Assembly (NCBI GenBank): GCA_003971905.1
Contig: RSEE01000026.1
Coordinates: forward strand, 186,001 to 250,000
DNA from: Moniliella sp. 'wahieum'
Taxonomy: Eukaryota
Reading direction: 5' to 3'
DNA: 64,000 nucleotides
The notes under the pieces were generated by a model. It worked only from the letters and a program-made list of their open reading frames with translations, ran no database searches and was not told the DNA's origin. Positions within the stretch are counted from its first letter, which is position 1. Each line of letters begins with the position of its first letter. Made by a program: the position numbers and the translations under genes. Positions 60,066 through 64,000 of the stretch are shown piece after piece.

Positions 60066-60879
60066 CTAACCGACAAAGCGGAAGCTGTCGGCGCGGATGA
60101 ACATTTGTCCGGCGAGTAAGAGCTGGGCTGGTGGTGGCGTCAGCCCCGCAGCTGACGGGTAGGTCGCCGCGGGGGTGAGCGCAACAGAGACATTGACACC
60201 GCCATCGGACTGACCAGGAACCAAGACAAAGTTTTGGCTAAAGGCGCGGGGGAGGGAGTCAATCGGAGCATCGCCATAGTCATTGGCTCCATTGCGCTTG
60301 TTCCGCTTATTGCCCTGGACGGAGCGAGGTGCATTCGTGTCGGTCAAGGTGGTGACTGATCCAGGGGCGTGGTGTGTTACCACCCGGTCACTGTCAGCAC
60401 GAGTGTGGGAAGTGTAATGGCGCCTGCAATCAAGCTGCGTTGTCAGTCCCATCCTGCCTGGGCGCACGCGAAGAGGAAAGAGAAGTGAACATACCGGTGC
60501 TGTTGACTCCTCCATGGACTGGATGGCAGTCAAAGCCGAGGACCTCGTGTTTGGTCGCTGGCATTTGCGACAGGAGATGTGCCAAGGCGTCAGAACCTTG
60601 GAAGGCATTGCCATTCCAAGATAGCGTGCTATCCGGCAAGTATAGTGTTGGCAGGAGCTGTTTCGCCAAAGAACATGGAAAAAATAGGAGAAAAAAGACG
60701 GTTGGCGCCTGGTCAATCGATACATGGTTATGGACGAGAACGTACGTTGCTGCGTAAAGGTGCGTCCGAGGCAGAATAGTAGGCACTGACAAAAGTCTCG
60801 GCGGCCTTGACGGCAAACTCAATCATGGACTGCTGCTCCATCCAAGCGCAGAGGTGTTGTTGGAACCGGCGGGCGCCAT
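60066..60879 (-). CDS. NXT1: NTF2-like mRNA export cofactor Nxt1/p15 (Mtr2-like)
   Basis: AAETFVSAYYSASD, LYLPDSTLSWNGN..MPATKHEVLGFDCHPV, PRAFSQNFVL, FIRADSFRFVG-stop. Two probable introns. Confidence 0.82.
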
Positions 60880-62264
60880 TGTGGGTTGAGGTTGCCGTTT
60901 AGGGGAGGGAGTAGTAGCTCTCTCCCGTCGCTTTTCTGGTGGGGGTAGGGGGCAGCTGCTGCTTGAAGGGATGATGCTAAGGATCCAAAACCCAAACAAA
61001 ACTTGTGAGCTAGATGAGCCTTTTGATTCCGCTCCATGGTCAGCGGAATGCGATTAGCGGTGTACAATGTTCAAATGCCTGTGGTGCTGCAACGCGGTCG
61101 AACCACTAAGAGTTGCCGGTGTCTGTGGCGTGGAACGGTGATCCGGTGACCGGTGACCGGTGACCAGTCCAGATACACTATCGGACATTAGTGACTGGAC
61201 TAGTGAGCTAGTGAGGGAGGGCTCACCGGTCACCGGTCGCCGGCCTCACCGCGCTCAGCCTGAGCGCTCAGGTTGAGCGAGCACGCGGCTCAGACAGGCT
61301 CAGATCTTGAAGCTTAAAGCCTGAAACTCTTTGAAGCTTCAAGCTTCACTGATGCATGATGAAGCTCGCGGACATATGCCTTTCCAAAGCCAAGCTTCAA
61401 GCTTCAAGCTTCAACGTTCAACGCGTTCAACAGCTTTGCCAGGAAACGCGTGAGGAAATGGAGCAGATGAATTGGATACATCTATGGACACACTGGAGGT
61501 AATACTACCTCAGAAGGAAGCTAGGGGGAACATTCGAGAGGTGGACACAGGATCTCCCAACTGATGAGAATCATGCTATAGTGCCTATACGGGCCTAGTG
61601 GACCAAGGCCCCCTTAGCATGGCGTGAGCCTGACAGGCTTCTACACTCGCAGTAACTCAGTAATACTCAACTCAAAAGACAAGAGGGTGGGAGTTACGCT
61701 TTAAAACATTATATAAGCTAGCAACATCCGAGGCCGCACGTTATGGCCACCGGGGCGGGGGCAGATGCTGGACGAAGCGGGGGTGGGGCAGAGTGCGACT
61801 GGCACCGGGGCGGGCGCTCTGGGTTTACAAGCACTGTGACTTGAAGCTGTTGATGGTACGTTGATGGTCCGTCTGGCGGCTGCTGGTGGGTCGGACGGAG
61901 TGTGTGCATAGGAGATTAGCGCTTAGCATTCCAGCACCGCGGCCGAAAATGGTGGTGCGCCTGAGCTCAGGATTGAGGCTGGGTCAGGGTGGGCACTGGG
62001 GCAGTGCCCGGTGGCCCCCCATTCGAGGCGAGAGAGTGGATCGATGGTTGACTGAATGGGGAAAATGATTAATCGATTAATGACGCCTGCATGGATGATA
62101 TCATCTGACGCGTAATTACGCATTGGCCGCAGACACCGAGGAGGCATCGGCATCGGCCATCTCCACTCGGCACTACTCAACACTACTTCTGCTCCCACCA
62201 GCGCCGCACACCCACACTTGGTCTGCTCGCGCCTCGGCTGCTCTCTTCGCCGCTCGTCTGGCTA

Positions 62265-62352
62265 GGTTGGTCTGGCCTGGTGTGCTCTGGCCTGGTCTGT
62301 GCTTTGGCCTGGTCTGTGCTTTGGCCTGCTCTGGCCTGCTCTGGTCTGCTCT
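62265..62352. repeat. Degenerate pentamer (TGGCC/TGGTC/TGCTC) tandem tract including a duplicated 17-mer, upstream of the kinase gene
   Basis: TGGCCTGGTCTGTGCTT occurs at 62288-62304 and 62305-62321, flanked by related pentamers. Confidence 0.8.
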
Positions 62353-62550
62353 CTCGGCCCCCATCTCGCCTCCTTGTGTCTTTGCCACTACCTCCTGCTG
62401 GCCGCCCATGCGCCTCCACTGCGCCCTCTCGGCGTGAGTGTATGTGCGAATCTGTCTGTCCCTGTGCGCGCCGCCCGTACCACCCCCGCACCACCCGCAC
62501 CCACATCCACACCCATTCCCGTGCCCGCGGCCGTGTCGGCACCCGTGCAC

Positions 62551-64000
62551 ATGCCCACGCATATGCCTGACCAGGTGGGCATCGCATCCAATGGCGCCTC
62601 ATATGCGCCCCACGACTCTGGCGTGCCTGGTCCATCTGCATCCAACCCAGCCACCTTCTCCACTGCCGCCCTCGCCTTGCTCCGCCTGGACGCACCGCAG
62701 CCGATCTGATGCGCATGGGCCCACGTGAGTTCGATATCATCCGAAAACTTGGTGATGGCTCCTTCGGCACAGTCTTCCTTGCCAACTGGAAGTCTCCTCT
62801 CCCCGACGACATGGTTCCCAGCACCATGCATACCACACGTGCCGCCGAATTCAAAGGAAAGCGCTGGTTGCCATCAAGCGCATGAAGAAACCCTATGCCA
62901 ACTGGCACGACTGTCTTCGCCTTCGCGAGCTGAGAGTATGCCTGCCCCCTGCCTCCTATGCCGCCTTTCTGTTGCTAACCTTTCTCTTTGCTTCCCCAGT
63001 CACTACTCGAAATCCCGCACACCCTAATATTGTTGCCCTCTACGACGCTTTCCTCATGCCCGGCACCTCTCAGCTGCATTTTGTCTTTGAATCGCTCGAG
63101 GGCAATTTGTTCCAACTCACCAAGGTGCGCAAGGGCCGTGCTCTCGCCGGCGGTTTGGTCGCCTCCATTTTTTCTCAGACCCTCGAGGGCCTCGCCCACG
63201 TCCATGCCCACGGTTTTTCCATCGTGACATGAAGCCGGAAAACCTCCTTCTCACAACTCTTGGATTGGTCAATTACCCTAACCCCACCCGGCCTGGCAAG
63301 TTCGAGCAGGACGTTTCGGTCGTTGTCAAATCGCCGACTTTGGTCTAGCGCGAGAATTGGCATCCAAGCCGCCCTACTCAACCTACGTTTCGACACGATG
63401 GTACCGTGCCCTGAGATGTTGCTCCACTCCACCACATACTCTGCTCCGGTTGACCTATGGGCCTGGGCACCATCATGACCGAGGTGATCAATCTCGAGCC
63501 CTTGTTTCCAGGGTTTACCGAGCCTGCTCAGCTCATGCTCTGAAACACTTGGCTCACCTTCGAGTGAGTGGGGGGTGGATTCACGCACCAGCAGATCGAT
63601 AGGTGGTGGACCATGGCCTGAAGGGGAAAGGCTAATGCAAAACAATGGCTTGGTATGGCCCCGCTGCCCACCTGTCGAATTCTCCACTCTCTTTGGAACA
63701 AAGATCCCAACCAACTTGATTGCTTTGATCCAAGAACTTTTGCGTTACGATCCTCTGCCCGACCAACGGCGGCAGACTGTCTTCACTTTCCCTACATCCT
63801 TGAGGATGCGATTAAACTCCAACCCCCACCATCATCACACACAACGCGCTTCCCCCTCGGCGCCCCCACTAGGCACATCGGGCTCTGCCTCCACAGCGGC
63901 GTTCTGCCCTGCCATCCACCACACCTCCAGTTTTGGCTCATGCTGGACAGGCAGCCTCTGTTGCCTCCACTTTTCACCCCTCCGTTCCTGCCGTTGCGTC
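62551..64000 (+). CDS. crk1: Ime2/Crk1 (MAK/ICK family) Ser/Thr kinase, 3'-truncated by the window edge
   Basis: [106 protein letters not shown]. Intron at about 62936-62999. Start uncertain. Confidence 0.92.

Noticed and set aside
61561..61633. CTGATGA..CTGA as a C/D snoRNA, hammerhead core or U6 fragment (TTAGCATGGC)
   Set aside because: There is no terminal stem, no rRNA guide that I could recognise, no GAAA hammerhead partner, and only 10 nt of U6 similarity.
63275..63285. ACCCTAACCC telomere/template-like word
   Set aside because: It lies inside the kinase coding sequence (Tyr-Pro-Asn-Pro) and is short enough to be chance.
1237..64000. A functional gene cluster (glucose/cAMP signalling: transporter, Git1-like, Yak1, Crk1) or a mating-type locus
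   Set aside because: These genes are interspersed with unrelated housekeeping genes, and no pheromone, receptor, homeodomain or biosynthetic core gene was seen.

Overview
Gene-dense, GC-rich fungal nuclear DNA. It is a basidiomycete, most consistent with Ustilaginomycotina (inference from protein sequences and the few short GT..CTRAC..YAG introns). The assembly carries pervasive 1-nt indels, so almost every gene is split across several ORF-track entries and the gene ends given here are approximate. Reconstructed gene order: RPS23 (partial, +), MFS hexose transporter (-), intron-containing tRNA-Ser(GCT) (+), Pep7/Vac1/rabenosyn FYVE protein (-), Git1-like MUN/C2 protein (-), Yak1 DYRK kinase (+), Efm6-like lysine methyltransferase (-, not recognisable in the ORF track), Cwc24 (+), cytosolic LeuRS (+), Zn2Cys6 transcription factor (-), Brf1 (-), ankyrin/Dilute protein (+), TBC1D5-like Rab-GAP (-), Erv46 (-), Mpv17/PMP22 protein (-), HSF-domain transcription factor (-), Ppt1/PP5 (-), Nxt1/p15-like protein (-), Ime2/Crk1 kinase (partial, +). 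No mobile element or CRISPR array was seen. The most striking unexplained signal is non-coding. Intergenic islands follow a 7-bp grammar: an A-xxxx-T hexamer, usually palindromic, plus a 1-nt spacer. The core varies widely (ACCGGT, AAGCTT, AGGCCT, AACGTT, ATGCAT, AGCGCT, ACTAGT, ACGCGT, AGATCT, ACATGT) while the register is kept, even across a switch of core.
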